The notes: a model not told the origin generated them from the letters alone. Shown: positions 37,593 through 47,454, numbered from the stretch's first letter. The stretch is 64,000 nt of DNA from Candidatus Omnitrophota bacterium (GCA_017992455.1 JAGOOP010000002.1:80912-144911); one strand, 5' to 3'. Numbers and translations are program-made.

Positions 37593-38596
37593 TCCCAGTC
37601 TACCTTTACATGTTTCATGCGTTCGGAAGAACGGCGGGCCGCAAGAACGAGCCGCAGGACCTTGAGCGACAGGGACAGGGGGTTCACCGTCTCTCTGCGA
37701 ATGCGGATACAGTGTTCGAAGTGAAGAAGCTCCTCGATGTAACTCCGGCCGTATCCGGACCCCCGGGGCTCGCGCTCGATGCGCGGCCGCCTGCCCTTGA
37801 GTGACACGCGAATCTTCGCTTCACGTTCATCCCAGGCAATGGTGCCCCGTTCGCCGGCAATGACGCATCCGCGCGTGTACTCCCTGTTCAAATAATCCAG
37901 ATGGATCTCGCCGATAGCGCCGTCGTCAAAGCGGATAGTCACTGCGGCGTTATCTTCACAGGTCACCCGCAGCAGCCCCGACGTCGCTGCCATGGCCGAG
38001 ATCGACACGGGCTTGCCCGGCATCAAATCAAGCAGGTAATCGAACTCATGGACCGCATCGAGCATCACGCCGCCTCCCGATGATCCCGAAGCGCTGTACG
38101 TCTTTGTATAATCCCTGCCCGGCCGCCAGTCAGGGAGATACTGGCCGAAATAACACCGTATAGAAAAAACCCTGCCGACAAGGGCCGAAAGCTGTCTCAG
38201 CCGCTTGAGCCCGTACTGGAACCTCATATTGCATCCGACCATCGTGATCAGCTTCCGGACGGCCGCCTCGCGGCGCAGGAGGCCGATGCCGGCGATCTGA
38301 TGCGAAAGCGGCTTTTCTATGAACAGATGCATTCCCCGGCGCGCACACGCCAGAGCTGCCGGGATATGCGAATTCGTCGGGGTGCAGATAAGCGCCGCTC
38401 CGGCGCATTCGGCAGGCATCGCTTTCAGATCGCTGTAAACGCTCACGCCCGGAAAGATCCTTTTTACTTTTCTTCGGATCGATGGGGACGGATCGACGAC
38501 AACAACGCCGCGGCCCAGCGCGACCAGATTCCTGATATGGCGCCCGCCGATCGATCCGGCGCCGATAACCGCATACGTAAGCTTCGGTCCCGTCAT
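37589..38596 (-). CDS. Gfo/Idh/MocA-family NAD(P)-dependent oxidoreductase
   Basis: 335 aa. Contains YAVIGAGSIGGRHIRNL, LICTPTNSH and LFIEKPL. Confidence 0.85.
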   Translation of the reverse strand: MTGPKLTYAVIGAGSIGGRHIRNLVALGRGVVVVDPSPSIRRKVKRIFPGVSVYSDLKAMPAECAGAALICTPTNSHIPAALACARRGMHLFIEKPLSHQIAGIGLLRREAAVRKLITMVGCNMRFQYGLKRLRQLSALVGRVFSIRCYFGQYLPDWRPGRDYTKTYSASGSSGGGVMLDAVHEFDYLLDLMPGKPVSISAMAATSGLLRVTCEDNAAVTIRFDDGAIGEIHLDYLNREYTRGCVIAGERGTIAWDEREAKIRVSLKGRRPRIEREPRGSGYGRSYIEELLHFEHCIRIRRETVNPLSLSLKVLRLVLAARRSSERMKHVKVDWE

Positions 38597-39672
38597 CGCA
38601 CCATCCTCAAGGTGATCTGCCTGTCCGCCTTAACATCCTTCAACAGCCTTTTTCCGGTCAGCATGGCCAAGTCCCGCGGCCGCAGGCCGGTGCCGGGACG
38701 CTTTAAACACATATCGGACATCGTCAGGATATGGCCCTTCTTGAGGTTTTTCCCCGCGACGATCGAGCGGCGGAACATACGGCGCATCTTGACCTCGGTC
38801 GCTGACGGCCTGAGTGCGGGGCTGCCCATCATCTTTTCAAGCGCGCGGATCTGGCGCACCAGCATCGCGAATTCCGCCGGGTCTGACGACAGAAAATGGT
38901 CGGGGCCGCGCATGTTCCGGTCAAGCGTAAAATGTTTCTCGATCACCTTTGCGCCCAGGGCCACCGCGCCCAGCGCTGCCGTTATTCCCGGGGCATGGTC
39001 AGAATACCCGACGATGGCGCGCGTCCTGGCGGCAAGCGTCTTCATGCGCAGTAAATTGACCTCTTCCTCAGGGGCCGGATATACGGAAACGCAATGCAAA
39101 AAGATCGCGTCCCGACAGCGGCGCGCGCGCAATATCGCAAGCGCGTCGTCTATTTCCTCCTCATCGGCCATGCCCGTTGACAGGATCAGAGGCAGTCCCG
39201 TTCCGGCCGCATATTCGATCAAGGGCAGGTTGATGAGGTCTTCGGAACTCAGCTTAAGAGCGGGAACCCCGATCCTGCGCACGGCATCCGCGCTCTGCCG
39301 ATCGGCGACCGACGTAAGCGGCACGATCTTTTTCCTTCGACAATGGTCGAAGAGCGGCTTATGCCAACCCAGAGGCAGCTCCAGCCTCCGGAACATATCG
39401 AACATATTTTCCCGGACGGACCGGCCGCCTGCCTTATATTCATACACCAGGGACCTGTCAGCCAGGAATTCCCCCGTGCGGAAGGTCTGGAATTTGACGC
39501 AGTCTGCGCCGGAGGATGCCGCCGCATCGATCAATTTCCGCGCAATGCGCAGATCTCCGTTATGATTCACCCCGATCTCGGCGATGATAAAAACAGGATG
39601 GCCTTTTCCGATTGCCCTGTGCCCGATAAGAACGTTGCCGTTTAACTGTGCGTCGACCGCGCGCCCTGACAT
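38593..39672 (-). CDS. NeuB-family nonulosonic acid synthase with C-terminal SAF domain (PseI/LegI/NeuB-like)
   Basis: Trimmed to the ATG at 39672. Contains PVFIIAEIGVNHNGDL, VKFQTF, ILSTGM and GYSDH. The SAF-like tail reads RRSIVAGKNLKKGHILT..DMCLKRPGTGL. From motifs alone I cannot tell Pse, Leg and Neu specificity apart. Confidence 0.85.
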   Translation of the reverse strand: MSGRAVDAQLNGNVLIGHRAIGKGHPVFIIAEIGVNHNGDLRIARKLIDAAASSGADCVKFQTFRTGEFLADRSLVYEYKAGGRSVRENMFDMFRRLELPLGWHKPLFDHCRRKKIVPLTSVADRQSADAVRRIGVPALKLSSEDLINLPLIEYAAGTGLPLILSTGMADEEEIDDALAILRARRCRDAIFLHCVSVYPAPEEEVNLLRMKTLAARTRAIVGYSDHAPGITAALGAVALGAKVIEKHFTLDRNMRGPDHFLSSDPAEFAMLVRQIRALEKMMGSPALRPSATEVKMRRMFRRSIVAGKNLKKGHILTMSDMCLKRPGTGLRPRDLAMLTGKRLLKDVKADRQITLRMVR

Positions 39673-40400
39673 ATTTCTTCCCTCGTCACATTGCCCTGTA
39701 AACATATGTGCCTGCTCTCCGGCCCGTGATTGAACAATAGATCGACAAACGAAAGGTTCGGGACAAATCCGCCGTACTGCTGACTATACCGGGGATGATG
39801 GTAATCCTGAAAGACGACTTTGATGTTGTTCCGTTCGAACTTTGCCGTATCGATATAGTCCCTGCCGAATATGCCGGTCACCACGATATCAGCCTTATAC
39901 CGGGCGCCGTGTTCCAGGACAAGATCGGATTTGACGCCGATAAATCCTTCCTGCGAACCAATGACAAGCTTCGGTCTCAGATCGAACCATTCAAAGACCT
40001 GCTTCAGGATCGCGAGGTTCAGATCGGAGAGCCGTTTCCACTGCTTACCCAGATACAGCCATTCGAAGAACGGCTTATATTTGCCGAAGAACGGCGCGCG
40101 CGTATACGCCATCCGCAGACTCGCCCAGTGCACCGCCTGCCACCGAGACTTTTCGGCTACATGCTCTTGCCCCGAAATAAGGATATCCTGCAGCCTGTCG
40201 GAGGCCGAATGCTTCAGATCCACAGGGACGGTAAGCCAGATCGCTTTCCCCTGCGGCGATTTTATCATATTACGATTGTTCCAGTCCTGCGTCAGATACT
40301 GGACATCGTCCATAAAAACGAACACGTCGCAGAGACTCGCCTTATGGATCAATCCGAGCCACGGCAGGTACACAGGCTGATGGCCGCTGACAATGACCAT
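39642..40400 (-). CDS. WbqC-like family protein (function unknown, associated with O-antigen/NulO loci)
   Basis: 252 aa. Contains SGHQPVYLPWLGLIHKASLCDVFVFMDDVQY...DWNNRN. Confidence 0.75.
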   Translation of the reverse strand: MVIVSGHQPVYLPWLGLIHKASLCDVFVFMDDVQYLTQDWNNRNMIKSPQGKAIWLTVPVDLKHSASDRLQDILISGQEHVAEKSRWQAVHWASLRMAYTRAPFFGKYKPFFEWLYLGKQWKRLSDLNLAILKQVFEWFDLRPKLVIGSQEGFIGVKSDLVLEHGARYKADIVVTGIFGRDYIDTAKFERNNIKVVFQDYHHPRYSQQYGGFVPNLSFVDLLFNHGPESRHICLQGNVTREEICQGARSTHS

Positions 40401-40404
40401 ACCA

Positions 40405-41232
40405 TTAACCCCGTATAAGGGATAAAAAATTCAAAGCGAATATCCTCTTTTCAGCCGCCGCTCCCAGCTTCAATGCCCTGATAGAACGCAGGACCTGGCT
40501 TTGCCTGTGGCTGTGATTGAAAGGGAAATCAGATCCGAAAACGATCTTGCCCGCCAGGCCGGCGTCGATATTCAATTTTACCATTCTGATAGTGGCCGAT
40601 ACCGCGGTATCGAACCATACGTTGGCCAGGATTTCGGCCACAGGTGGATAAAGCGCATAGATGCCTGCCATGCCTCCGAGGTGAGCGGCCAGGATCCTCG
40701 TGTCGGGATGAGCAGCGGCCAGCTTGCACAGATGGCCGGCTGAGGAATCGGATATCTTGAAGGCATGGTCGACATGGACCATGAGGAATGCGCGCCGGTC
40801 ACGGACGAAATCCGCAAGATCATGGACAGCAGGATCGTCGAGAGAATATCCCTGCCATACCGGATTGATCTTGATGCCCGCCGCACCCGCGGCCAGACAT
40901 CGCTGCGCCTCGAGCTTCCACGCTTTTGCGCGCGGCTGTACCGAACAAACTGCCAGAAAATCGCGGTTCAGGCGCGACGCCTCGAGGATGAAATCGTTGT
41001 TCTCCCGGCATAACGCGGGGCTGCGCCAGGGCAAAGAGACTAACGCAGACCTGTCTATAGCCGACCGCCTCATGGATGCCACGATCATTTCCGGGCACGC
41101 AAGTCCCAGCGCATACGCGCCCTGCGGATGGCGGTACAAGGCATTCGAGATAAGCGCCTCCTGCAACGGGAGACGCACATTCGGGTCCCGCAGGCGGTCC
41201 GGAAGGCAGTATACATGGGCATCTATGATCAT
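40405..41232 (-). CDS. Amidohydrolase-2 (PF04909-like) metal-dependent hydrolase
   Basis: 275 aa. Starts MIIDAHVY, then VHVDH and a final FGSDFPF block, as in TIM-barrel amidohydrolases. Confidence 0.6.
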   Translation of the reverse strand: MIIDAHVYCLPDRLRDPNVRLPLQEALISNALYRHPQGAYALGLACPEMIVASMRRSAIDRSALVSLPWRSPALCRENNDFILEASRLNRDFLAVCSVQPRAKAWKLEAQRCLAAGAAGIKINPVWQGYSLDDPAVHDLADFVRDRRAFLMVHVDHAFKISDSSAGHLCKLAAAHPDTRILAAHLGGMAGIYALYPPVAEILANVWFDTAVSATIRMVKLNIDAGLAGKIVFGSDFPFNHSHRQSQVLRSIRALKLGAAAEKRIFALNFLSLIRG

Positions 41233-42947
41233 CGCGGTCGTTCCTTTGTCGCCAGGATGTAAACGCTGTGGGACTGCTCCGGCGCGCGCAGATCGCCCCG
41301 TACACGGGGCTCAAAGCCTCTGTATTCCCGGATATTTAATCCGGCAAGCGTAAATGCGCGGCTGATCTCGTCCTGCCGGAACCAATGATGGCCTCGTGCA
41401 GGGACAAATCGTGAAGACTTGAACTTATACCAATCCCGATTCTTTGTGGTCACAAAGACCTGTCCTCCCGGCTTGACTAATTCCGCCAGTCTGGCAACGG
41501 CTTTTTCAAGGGGTATGCCGCATTTCTGCAGAACGCCTATACACGTTACCAGGTCGAACGGATGCCCAGCTATCTCATCAAAGAAACTCCGGCATCTGAA
41601 CGCCACGCCACCTGTTTTGTACTTTCGATCGCGCGCATACCGCACAAGAGACGGGCTCAGGTCAATACCGAGAAAACGGCTGATACGGACTGACGCCTCT
41701 GCGACCCGAAGGAATTCGCCGGTCCCGCTGCCCACATCCACCCATGTGCTGACCTGACTCCAGTCGATCGCCTTCATGCCGATGAGAAACCGGTTCATCA
41801 TACCTTCAGAAGACCCCCATTTTACTTTCTCGAAGTCCTTCTTATTCGCCGCAGACCTCTCATATTCGTCTCTGACGCGGCCAGGCTCATAGGAATCGCA
41901 ATGATACCGGCGGATCAGCCGGCGAATTCCGTATGCAAGCCGGCGCCCCCCCTGCGCATCAAAGGTCCTGACCGAATTTCTGGTCAATGACTCGCGCAGG
42001 CGCCGCTCACGCGCCAACCTGCGGATCTTGCGCTTCAGGGCGCTGTCAGACGACAAACGGAAACTGCCCAGGATATACGCGCAACCGCGCCGTTGTAATT
42101 CAGACGCGAGCCTTCGCTGGTTGTCCGCCAATATGATCGCTGCCGTAGGAACACCCAGCACCGCGAGCTCGCAGGCGCTCACGCCCGCGCCGCTCAGGGC
42201 AATATCGGCACGACTCATGAGCCGAGAGATATGCTTTACGGAAGAATGAACGACGAAACGGCTTTCGCCCCTGACATAACGGCGGACCTGACCGCTGCCA
42301 GGGCATCCCGGGCCGCACATGATACGCACTTTTTTAAAAACGCCGATATCCTTAAGGATCCTCGCAAAACGAAGCGTCTGGCGCTCCGGATCGGTCCCTC
42401 CCATCATGACAAATACCTCGGATGCCCGGGCCCCCTTTTTGCGATATAAAGCGCGCTGTTTGATGAACTCTTTACGGAACGGGAAATACCTGTGGCCGAT
42501 AAAAGACTGCAGATGCTGCGCCCGAGGATACAGTGAGGCATCAGCGCCGAGATTGAAATTGATAACCCCTGCGACAGGGTATCGGGCTTTCTCCCCCTGG
42601 TCATCGATAGCCAGAACAGGCACGGTTGGGATGATCGTCCGCAGCGTCGAATAAAAGCGCCTGTTGAGAAGATATGAGTCGGTCAAAAGCAGCGCGGCAC
42701 GCTCATCCTTTAGGAAACGGGCCGTCTCCCTCGCCTCTAAGACGCCGCCACCGGTTCGCTTAAGGATATACGCTTTCTTTTTAGTAAAACGAGAAAAGAA
42801 AGGCATTGTCCGTCTGCTGATGATGTACTGAACGCTAAACCCGGGAAGGTCGGACAGAAACTCGGCGACGGTCAAAGACCGCACCAGATGTCCCAGACCG
42901 ATTGCCGTATAGCCGTCGACTCTGATGGCAACGAGGAATTTGTTCAT
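41229..42947 (-). CDS. pseG: Fusion protein: PseG-like UDP-sugar hydrolase (GT-B) plus C-terminal class-I methyltransferase
   Basis: Trimmed to the ATG at 42947 (ATGA overlap). The N-terminal part reads FLVAIRVDGYTAIGLGHLVRSLTVAEFL...MMGGTDPE...GAGVSACELAVLGVPTAAIILADNQ. The C-terminal part reads WVDVGSGTGEFL...TCIGVLQ...GGQVFVT. Confidence 0.75.
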   Translation of the reverse strand: MNKFLVAIRVDGYTAIGLGHLVRSLTVAEFLSDLPGFSVQYIISRRTMPFFSRFTKKKAYILKRTGGGVLEARETARFLKDERAALLLTDSYLLNRRFYSTLRTIIPTVPVLAIDDQGEKARYPVAGVINFNLGADASLYPRAQHLQSFIGHRYFPFRKEFIKQRALYRKKGARASEVFVMMGGTDPERQTLRFARILKDIGVFKKVRIMCGPGCPGSGQVRRYVRGESRFVVHSSVKHISRLMSRADIALSGAGVSACELAVLGVPTAAIILADNQRRLASELQRRGCAYILGSFRLSSDSALKRKIRRLARERRLRESLTRNSVRTFDAQGGRRLAYGIRRLIRRYHCDSYEPGRVRDEYERSAANKKDFEKVKWGSSEGMMNRFLIGMKAIDWSQVSTWVDVGSGTGEFLRVAEASVRISRFLGIDLSPSLVRYARDRKYKTGGVAFRCRSFFDEIAGHPFDLVTCIGVLQKCGIPLEKAVARLAELVKPGGQVFVTTKNRDWYKFKSSRFVPARGHHWFRQDEISRAFTLAGLNIREYRGFEPRVRGDLRAPEQSHSVYILATKERPR

Positions 42948-43732
42948 TCTCCCGACCCGTTCTTTCTCAAAACATTCTGCAGGCGCCCGCATAAGAGCGG
43001 ATCGCAGATGGCTGCCCTGCCGATACCCACCGACCCCGCTCCTGCGCGCAATACCCTGCACGCGCTGTCCTCGTCCGCGATCCCGCCGCTCGCAATGACA
43101 AAAGACGAGAAACGAGATATCTCATGTAACGCCTCAAGCCCCGGCGAACCCTGTTCCGAAGACCCGCAATCTATGTGAATAATGCATTCACCGGCACCGG
43201 TGATCACGCCGGCTGCCTGGACCGTGTCCGGCGTATCATGAACGCCTACCTTGAAGATGACAGGGACCTTGACCGAATAAATCATGGCACGGGCCCATGC
43301 CAGCAAATGTCCGTGATTGCGCCTTAGACACAATGCAGCGCTCGTACCTGTACTCGTGAAGACATCGTAGGTCGAATGCAGGCATACTGCGACGAACCGG
43401 GCGCCTGCGGCTTCAGCCGCCGCGCAGAAATCTGCCGTTTCGGAAATATCGACAGCGGCAACGCTCACCCCTACGGCTGCGCGGCTCTGACGCGCAGCGC
43501 GGATCTCATCCCGAAGGAATCCGCCGTAACCCCTGTCGCCCTGCACGATGAAAAAATCATCGGCATACGCCGCGGGCTTGTCCGGCGCGATGATGTATGT
43601 CCCGAGCATAACCAATGCTGCTCCGGCGCCGTGGCGTGCGCAAAAAGCCCCGTTGCCGTATCCGGCCAATTCCGAGAGGACGACCCCGTTACGGATCAGC
43701 TCATATGAAGAGCCGTGATCTATGCGAGCCAT
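42944..43732 (-). CDS. TIM-barrel protein of uncertain function (DUS/DHOD-like FMN-oxidoreductase fold suspected)
   Basis: 262 aa. Contains VPVIFKV, IHIDCGS and ASGGIADEDSACRVLRAGAGSVGIGRA, which resembles phosphate/FMN-binding barrel ends. The assignment is weak. Confidence 0.35.
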   Translation of the reverse strand: MARIDHGSSYELIRNGVVLSELAGYGNGAFCARHGAGAALVMLGTYIIAPDKPAAYADDFFIVQGDRGYGGFLRDEIRAARQSRAAVGVSVAAVDISETADFCAAAEAAGARFVAVCLHSTYDVFTSTGTSAALCLRRNHGHLLAWARAMIYSVKVPVIFKVGVHDTPDTVQAAGVITGAGECIIHIDCGSSEQGSPGLEALHEISRFSSFVIASGGIADEDSACRVLRAGAGSVGIGRAAICDPLLCGRLQNVLRKNGSGE

Positions 43733-44625
43733 TTATGGAACGTCACCGCATGGGCTCTATGGACCAGACCGGCCCCTGCGTAAAGCCTGTTCGCAGCCGT
43801 ATTATCGACCTGGGTGCCTACTTCGATATGATCCGCCTGCCCGGACATGGACTTCAGGAACGCGCTGAAAAGCTGCGCGGCGTAACCGCGCTGCCTGAAG
43901 CCAGGGTCAACAGCGATCTCCCAGAGATACCCGAGTTTGAAGCCCGCGGTATTCTTTAAAAAACCGTCCGTTTCGCCCAGAGCAAGCCCGACCAGCCTCC
44001 TGCCCGCGTACAATCCTATTTTTACTGATTCAGGCTTTGAGCACACATCCTCAAAAAGGCGGCTGTAGAACATCCGCGCCAGGCGCCGGGAGATCCTCGG
44101 ATCGTTATACATCCGGGAGTACACGAATATATCTTCAGCACGGCGAAAAAATTCTCGCGCCTCGCGGAGCGAAAATCGAGAAAACGACAATCCCCTGCGG
44201 GGAGCAACGCGGGCGGCGGCTGCCGCGGTACGCGGCCCGGAACCATATATGTTCATGACATCAACGATTCCCCACCCCCGGGAACAAAGCAGGCGAATCG
44301 GATACATATGTTCCATGCCGAAACGGAACACGGCAAGTTGCGCGCCGTCGGCCTTAAGCGCGCGTTCGACTTTTTCGATATGGCCGGCAAGGCCTGCGCG
44401 CGTTTCAGACCCGGAAAAGAAGATGTCGCTGACTTTATAGACGTTGATACCCAATACTGCGCTATCCCAGTCAAGACGGCAGTATCTGCACGCGAAACGC
44501 CCCGACCGCGATACGATCGCCTTGCAGCCGGCGGATCTGCGGTCCCGGGAGAATGCGTTCCAGAGAAGACTATCGAACGGGATAAAAGAATTCAGATATC
44601 TCTGGTAATTAAGATTCTGCATCAT
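43720..44625 (-). CDS. GNAT N-acetyltransferase with N-terminal extra domain (WecD-like architecture; occupies the PseH position)
   Basis: 301 aa. The C-terminal part reads YLWEIAVDPGFRQRGYAAQLFSAFL...NTAANRLYAGAGL. Confidence 0.65.
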   Translation of the reverse strand: MMQNLNYQRYLNSFIPFDSLLWNAFSRDRRSAGCKAIVSRSGRFACRYCRLDWDSAVLGINVYKVSDIFFSGSETRAGLAGHIEKVERALKADGAQLAVFRFGMEHMYPIRLLCSRGWGIVDVMNIYGSGPRTAAAAARVAPRRGLSFSRFSLREAREFFRRAEDIFVYSRMYNDPRISRRLARMFYSRLFEDVCSKPESVKIGLYAGRRLVGLALGETDGFLKNTAGFKLGYLWEIAVDPGFRQRGYAAQLFSAFLKSMSGQADHIEVGTQVDNTAANRLYAGAGLVHRAHAVTFHKWLA

Positions 44626-44633
44626 GGTGCCGG

Positions 44634-45320
44634 TTATTCTCGCGCGCGCATAAGATGGAACGCCTCAGCCGCGCAAAATCCCGACTGGGCACCCCTGACC
44701 TGCGAAAGGGCAGAGACAGCTTTCAGGCTGCGGGGATGCGGAAAAGGCTTTATTTCAGAGCCGTAGGCGCGCAACGCCCTGAGTTTGTATTGAACCGTCC
44801 GGGATATATCTTTGAAGACCGCGGGCCTGAAAACGTCAGATCGCCCCGGCACCGGCCATTCGGTTGACGAGGGTATTTCGCATGAAAGCAATTGTGCCGC
44901 GGAAGATCCTGCGAGCGGCCGGCAGGCAGTGAGCACTGCCCGGGCGGTCAGCGAATGATCGATGTTCAGGTCGCCGGCAAAATGAGTGAAAACAACGCCG
45001 GGACGCACGTCATCGACAACGCGCTCGATATTCTTCACAATCTCCAGCAACGGAACGGTATCCATCTGATTATCGGGATACGTTCCGAATGATACGATGC
45101 GCGCTCCCAGGACACGCGCCGCTGCTTCGGCCTGCCGTTTACGCGTCGAAAGTGCCTTTCTCAGGCGGGGCCCTGACAGATGCCGGGATGAGACACCGTC
45201 TGCAAGAAACAGAAAATGGCACCGCCTTCCTTCTTGAACCAGCCGCTTTACCGTTCCCCCGCACCCGAGCACTTCGTCATCGGGATGAGCGACAACAACG
45301 AGCACCGTGTCTTTCTTCAT
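44634..45320 (-). CDS. PIG-L/LmbE-family N-deacetylase
   Basis: 228 aa. Contains VLVVVAHPDDEVLGCGGT and NIDH. Confidence 0.85.
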   Translation of the reverse strand: MKKDTVLVVVAHPDDEVLGCGGTVKRLVQEGRRCHFLFLADGVSSRHLSGPRLRKALSTRKRQAEAAARVLGARIVSFGTYPDNQMDTVPLLEIVKNIERVVDDVRPGVVFTHFAGDLNIDHSLTARAVLTACRPLAGSSAAQLLSCEIPSSTEWPVPGRSDVFRPAVFKDISRTVQYKLRALRAYGSEIKPFPHPRSLKAVSALSQVRGAQSGFCAAEAFHLMRARE

Positions 45321-46480
45321 TTTTTCTTTCCTTTTGCAATAAATTCCGCCACCCGGATAAAGGTCCGTATGACCCTCCGCTGCTGGCTCGCGGTCAAGCC
45401 CGGATACAGCGGCAGGCTGATCTCCCGCGCGTAGAAATCCTCCGCTCCCGGAAAATCACTCCGCCGAAACCCGTACTTTCGGTAGAATGGATGAAGGTAC
45501 ACGGGTATATAATGTACCTGGACGCCGATCCCTTCGTTTCGCAAGGCGTCAAAGATCGCCCTGCGGCGCGCCGCACAGCTGTCTTTCAGGCGGACCGGAT
45601 ACAGATGATACGCGCATCGGTTGAAGCCGGTTTCACGCGGGATATCGACCCAGGGGCTGTTGTGAAATGCGCGGTCATAGACACGCGCAAGCATGCGCCG
45701 CCGGCGGATAAATCCGTCCAGTTGCCTCAACTGGGATATCCCAAGGGCTGCCTGAATATCGGTCATGCGGTAATTGAAACCCATCGTGCGCATCTCGTAA
45801 AACCATTCGCCGTGTTGGCGCGTGCGGCCGTCCCTGACAATACCGTGATTGCGCAAGGACAGAAGTTTATCATACAGCCCTCTGTTATTGGTCGTAACAG
45901 CGCCGCCTTCCCCGGTCGTGATCGCTTTGACCGGATGAAAACTGAATATCGTCATATCCGAATACCTGCATGAACCCACCGGCGCGCCCTCATAAACGGC
46001 GCCGAGAGCATGCGCCGCATCTTCGATGACGAGAGTTCGTGTACCGGCGACGATCGAACGTATCGTCCTCATGTCAGCCGACTGTCCGGCATAATGCACG
46101 GGGATGACAGCTTTCGTATTTCCCGCGAGTCGCCTGCGGATCTGATCCGCGACGATCAATGCCGTGTCGGGATGGACATCGCACAGAACCGGACTCGCGC
46201 CGCAATATACGCCGCAGTTCGCAGACGCCACAAACGTCACCGCAGCGGTGATCACCCGGTCTCGCGCGGTAACACCGGCAGCCAGACAGGCCAGATGAAG
46301 CGCCGCAGTCCCGTTGGAGCAACACACGGCGAAACGGGCGCCCGTGTACTCGGCCAGGGCGCGTTCGAAATCGCTGACCGCCGGCCCCTGCGTGAGCCAG
46401 TCCGACCTCAATACTTTCACGACCGCAGCGATATCGCTGCCGCCTATGGTCTGCCTGCCGTAGGGTATTCGTTTTTTCAT
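45317..46480 (-). CDS. pseC: UDP-4-amino-4,6-dideoxy-N-acetyl-beta-L-altrosamine transaminase (PseC-type DegT aminotransferase)
   Basis: Trimmed to the ATG at 46480 (ATGA overlap with pseB). Contains IPYGRQTIGGSDIAAVVKVLRSDWLTQGPAVSDFE, FSFHPVKAITTGEGGAVTTN and SLPLYPGL. Confidence 0.85.
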   Translation of the reverse strand: MKKRIPYGRQTIGGSDIAAVVKVLRSDWLTQGPAVSDFERALAEYTGARFAVCCSNGTAALHLACLAAGVTARDRVITAAVTFVASANCGVYCGASPVLCDVHPDTALIVADQIRRRLAGNTKAVIPVHYAGQSADMRTIRSIVAGTRTLVIEDAAHALGAVYEGAPVGSCRYSDMTIFSFHPVKAITTGEGGAVTTNNRGLYDKLLSLRNHGIVRDGRTRQHGEWFYEMRTMGFNYRMTDIQAALGISQLRQLDGFIRRRRMLARVYDRAFHNSPWVDIPRETGFNRCAYHLYPVRLKDSCAARRRAIFDALRNEGIGVQVHYIPVYLHPFYRKYGFRRSDFPGAEDFYAREISLPLYPGLTASQQRRVIRTFIRVAEFIAKGKKK

Positions 46481-47454
46481 ATGATTTTCATCATTTTTTT
46501 CAGATCGACCCCGGATAACCAACTCGTGTTGGCATCGCTCGAATACGTAAAGCCTTCGGGCAGGGTCTTTCCACCCTTCCAGTTCTCGACGTTCCACCAG
46601 GGATGCTCGGGTTCAACGACGAAGAACTCGCCGAATTCGAGCGCATGCCGTGATTCATCCTGGGTCAGCAGGGTTTCATGGATCTTTTCTCCCGGCCTTA
46701 TCCCGCTATAGGTGACCCTGCAATCCGGCGCAATGGCCTTTGCCAGATCGATCACCTTCATGCTCGGGATCTTAGGGACAAAAGTCTCCCCGCCCTTCAT
46801 CACCTCAATGCAGCGAATGACGAACTCCACGCCCTGCTCCAGAGTAAGCCAGAAGCGCGTCATGCGTTTATCCGTGACGGTGACAACGCCGGTTTTTTTC
46901 TGAGCGGCGAACAGCGGTATAACCGACCCGCGGCTGCCGATGACATTGCCGTAACGCACGCACGCCAGCCGCGTCTGCCGGTCACCGCCGACATATGAAT
47001 TGGCGGCGATAAAAAGTTTCTCCATGCACATCTTCGTCGATCCGTAGAGATTCACCGGGTTTACGGATTTATCCGTGCTGATCGCCATGACCTTATCGAC
47101 GTTATGATTGATCGCGGCATCGACAACGTTCTGGGCGCCGAGAATATTGGTTTTGATCGCCTCGAACGGATTATATTCGCACAGGGGCACGTGCTTGAGC
47201 GCGGCGGCATGGACAACGATATCAACCCCGTCCATGGCCCTTTCAAGCCTCTTTTCGTCCCGGATATCGCCGATAAAATAACGCAGGCGCCGGTTCCCAT
47301 GAAAGGCGCGCTCCATCTCCCACTGTTTAAGCTCGTCGCGGCTGAAAATCCTGATCACCTTCGGTTTGCACCTGTCCAGCATGATCTCGGTAAACTTCTG
47401 GCCGAACGACCCGGTGCCTCCGGTCAACAGAACGGTCTTCGTGCTCCAATTCAT
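46477..47454 (-). CDS. pseB: UDP-N-acetylglucosamine 4,6-dehydratase, inverting (PseB/FlaA1 type)
   Basis: 325 aa. AGGAGG upstream of the start. Contains LLTGGTGSFG, FSRDELKQ, FIGDIRD, HAAALKHVPLCEYNP, STDKSVNPVNLYGSTK and VRYGNVIGSRGSVIPLF. Confidence 0.9.
   Translation of the reverse strand: MNWSTKTVLLTGGTGSFGQKFTEIMLDRCKPKVIRIFSRDELKQWEMERAFHGNRRLRYFIGDIRDEKRLERAMDGVDIVVHAAALKHVPLCEYNPFEAIKTNILGAQNVVDAAINHNVDKVMAISTDKSVNPVNLYGSTKMCMEKLFIAANSYVGGDRQTRLACVRYGNVIGSRGSVIPLFAAQKKTGVVTVTDKRMTRFWLTLEQGVEFVIRCIEVMKGGETFVPKIPSMKVIDLAKAIAPDCRVTYSGIRPGEKIHETLLTQDESRHALEFGEFFVVEPEHPWWNVENWKGGKTLPEGFTYSSDANTSWLSGVDLKKMMKII

Noticed and set aside
38300-39565. 421-aa plus-strand ORF
   Set aside because: It is antisense to the NeuB-family synthase and oxidoreductase genes. 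The translation is Ser/Arg-rich and motif-less. I treated it as a shadow ORF.
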